This document shows positions 30,582 to 32,000 of a stretch of 32,000 nt of DNA, piece after piece. Positions within the stretch are counted from its first letter, which is position 1; the number at the start of each line of letters is the position of its first letter. Under the pieces are notes generated by a model that worked only from the letters and a program-made list of their open reading frames with translations, did not search any database and had not been told where the DNA came from. This DNA comes from Mycolicibacterium smegmatis (GTDB taxonomy: Bacteria; Actinomycetota; Actinomycetes; Mycobacteriales; Mycobacteriaceae): assembly GCF_001457595.1 (NCBI RefSeq), contig NZ_LN831039.1, positions 1,020,001 through 1,052,000 of the forward strand, in the 5' to 3' direction. A program made the position numbers and the translations under genes.

Positions 30582-30706
30582 TTTCAGGTGAGAAGTGATC
30601 GAGCAGGCGGTATCGGCCGGGTTAACGACAGCCGAACACCTGTCTTTCCTCGTGTGACATGTCTCGAATCGGCCGTTCGCTGCTGGGCTGACGTTCACCG
30701 GATGCG

Positions 30707-30712
30707 TACGAT
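30707..30712 (+). promoter_or_regulatory. -10 element (TACGAT) of a possible leaderless senX3 promoter
   Basis: TANNNT, 6-nt gap, then GTG at 30719. Confidence 0.4.
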
Positions 30713-30718
30713 TTTCGC

Positions 30719-31909
30719 GTGAGCTTGGTGTCGGCGTTACTGCTGACGGCGCTCGTGTCGCTCCTCACGCTGATCGCAGGCGTGGCAGTGGGCGTCACCG
30801 TGGTGCCCCGCATCGTGGCCCGCCGGCAACGGCGTGCTGCGGACGCGGCGGGCATGACGGTCTCGCAGATGCTGCAGCACATCACGTCCCTGTCGCCGAT
30901 GGGCGTCGCGGTCGTCGACACCTTCAACGACGTCGTCTACAGCAATGACCGGGCCGTCGAGCTCAACGTGGTCCGCGACCGCATTCTCGACGACCGGGCC
31001 TGGCAGGCCGCCCAGCGCGTCTTCGAGACCGGTCAGGACGTCGAGGTGGACCTCTCACCGCTCAAGGTCGCCAATCCGGGCCGGTCGGGCATCTCGGTGC
31101 GCGGCAAGGTGCGGCTGCTGACCGACGACGACCGGCGCTTCGCCGTCGTCTACATCGACGACCAGTCCGAGCACGCACGCATGGAAGCCACCCGGCGCGA
31201 CTTCGTCGCGAACGTCAGCCACGAGCTCAAGACACCGGTGGGTGCCATGAGCGTGCTGGCCGAGGCCCTGCTGGCCTCGGCCGACGACCCCGACACCGTG
31301 CGCCGGTTCGCCGAGAAGATGGTCGCCGAGTCACACCGCCTCGCGGACATGATCGGTGAGCTCATCGAACTCTCGCGGCTGCAGGGTGCCGAGCGTCTGC
31401 CCGATCTGGACGCCGTGGACGTCGACAGCATCGTGTCCGAGGCGGTGTCGCGGCACAAGGTCGCCGCGGACAACTCGCAGATCTCGATCACCACCGACGC
31501 GCCGACCGGATACCGCGTCCTCGGCGACGAAGGCCTGCTGGTGACCGCGATCGCCAACCTGGTGTCCAATGCGATCGCCTACTCGCCCAACGGAACCGAC
31601 GTGTCGATCAGCCGGCGCAAACGCGGCGGCAACATCGAGATCGCGGTCACCGACCGTGGCATCGGCATCGCCAAGGACGATCAGGAGCGGGTGTTCGAGC
31701 GGTTCTTCCGCGTCGACAAGGCGCGGTCGCGAGCCACGGGTGGCACCGGGCTCGGACTGGCGATCGTCAAACACGTGGCCGCCAACCACAACGGATCCAT
31801 CCGGCTGTGGAGTCAGCCGGGAACGGGGTCGACGTTCACGTTGTCGATCCCCGAATACCCCGACCCCGAATCACATTCGGACGAACGAGAGGACCAACGA
31901 GAACGATGA
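30719..31909 (+). CDS. senX3: Sensor histidine kinase SenX3
   Basis: 396 aa: PAS-like region, [26 protein letters not shown] (H-box), [13 protein letters not shown] (N-box), [42 protein letters not shown]. Confidence 0.97.
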   Translation: MSLVSALLLTALVSLLTLIAGVAVGVTVVPRIVARRQRRAADAAGMTVSQMLQHITSLSPMGVAVVDTFNDVVYSNDRAVELNVVRDRILDDRAWQAAQRVFETGQDVEVDLSPLKVANPGRSGISVRGKVRLLTDDDRRFAVVYIDDQSEHARMEATRRDFVANVSHELKTPVGAMSVLAEALLASADDPDTVRRFAEKMVAESHRLADMIGELIELSRLQGAERLPDLDAVDVDSIVSEAVSRHKVAADNSQISITTDAPTGYRVLGDEGLLVTAIANLVSNAIAYSPNGTDVSISRRKRGGNIEIAVTDRGIGIAKDDQERVFERFFRVDKARSRATGGTGLGLAIVKHVAANHNGSIRLWSQPGTGSTFTLSIPEYPDPESHSDEREDQRER

Positions 31910-32000
31910 CCAGCGTGTTGATCGTTGAAGACGAGGAATCGCTGGCCGATCCCTTGGCGTTTCTGCTCCGTAAGGAGGGCTTCGAGGCCACCGTGGTGGG
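31906..32000 (+). CDS. regX3: Response regulator RegX3, N-terminal fragment; runs off the right edge
   Basis: ATG at 31906 (ATGA overlap with the senX3 stop): [31 protein letters not shown]. Confidence 0.95.
   Translation, partial: MTSVLIVEDEESLADPLAFLLRKEGFEATVV

Overview
The 32 kb window is a gene-dense, high-GC mycobacterial chromosome segment. Gene content and order match the Mycobacterium tuberculosis Rv0462-Rv0491 block and fit Mycolicibacterium smegmatis or a close relative. Left to right: partial S9 prolyl-oligopeptidase-like gene (-), aldehyde dehydrogenase, DUF779, mycolate cyclopropane-synthase-family methyltransferase (-), lpdC, small membrane protein, carboxymuconolactone decarboxylase-like (-), ramB (-), hemerythrin-like protein with an apparent frameshift, acyl-ACP thioesterase, icl/aceA, fadB2, umaA-like, DUF559/AbiEi-like (-), PPK2 kinase (-), TetR (-), DUF445, XRE-type HTH, hbhA, DUF2516, DUF2599, deoC, DUF2993/LmeA-like (-), nitrilase-like (-), methyltransferase-like (-), two DUF2505-like genes (-), murB, L,D-transpeptidase lprQ, SDR (-), ROK-family regulator, mshA, YbjN-like, gpm1, senX3, and the start of regX3. 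I saw no rRNA, tRNA, CRISPR, transposase or prophage genes. The strongest sub-gene signal is an ORF absent from the supplied track: a 22-aa polycysteine leader peptide (MTRKSQSCFAQCACCCCAHCRA, 26424-26492) with a leaderless-type promoter. Its Cys codons form the loop of a perfect 10-bp hairpin, upstream of the ROK regulator and mshA (mycothiol synthesis). This is a candidate cysteine-responsive attenuator of a class already described in mycobacteria. Other notable items are a DUF559 gene bracketed by 17-bp direct repeats plus a long inverted repeat, a similar nested inverted repeat between gpm1 and senX3, RamB-like boxes at ramB and icl, a probable frameshift in the hemerythrin gene, and a 13-bp tandem duplication that creates the stop codon of the SDR gene.
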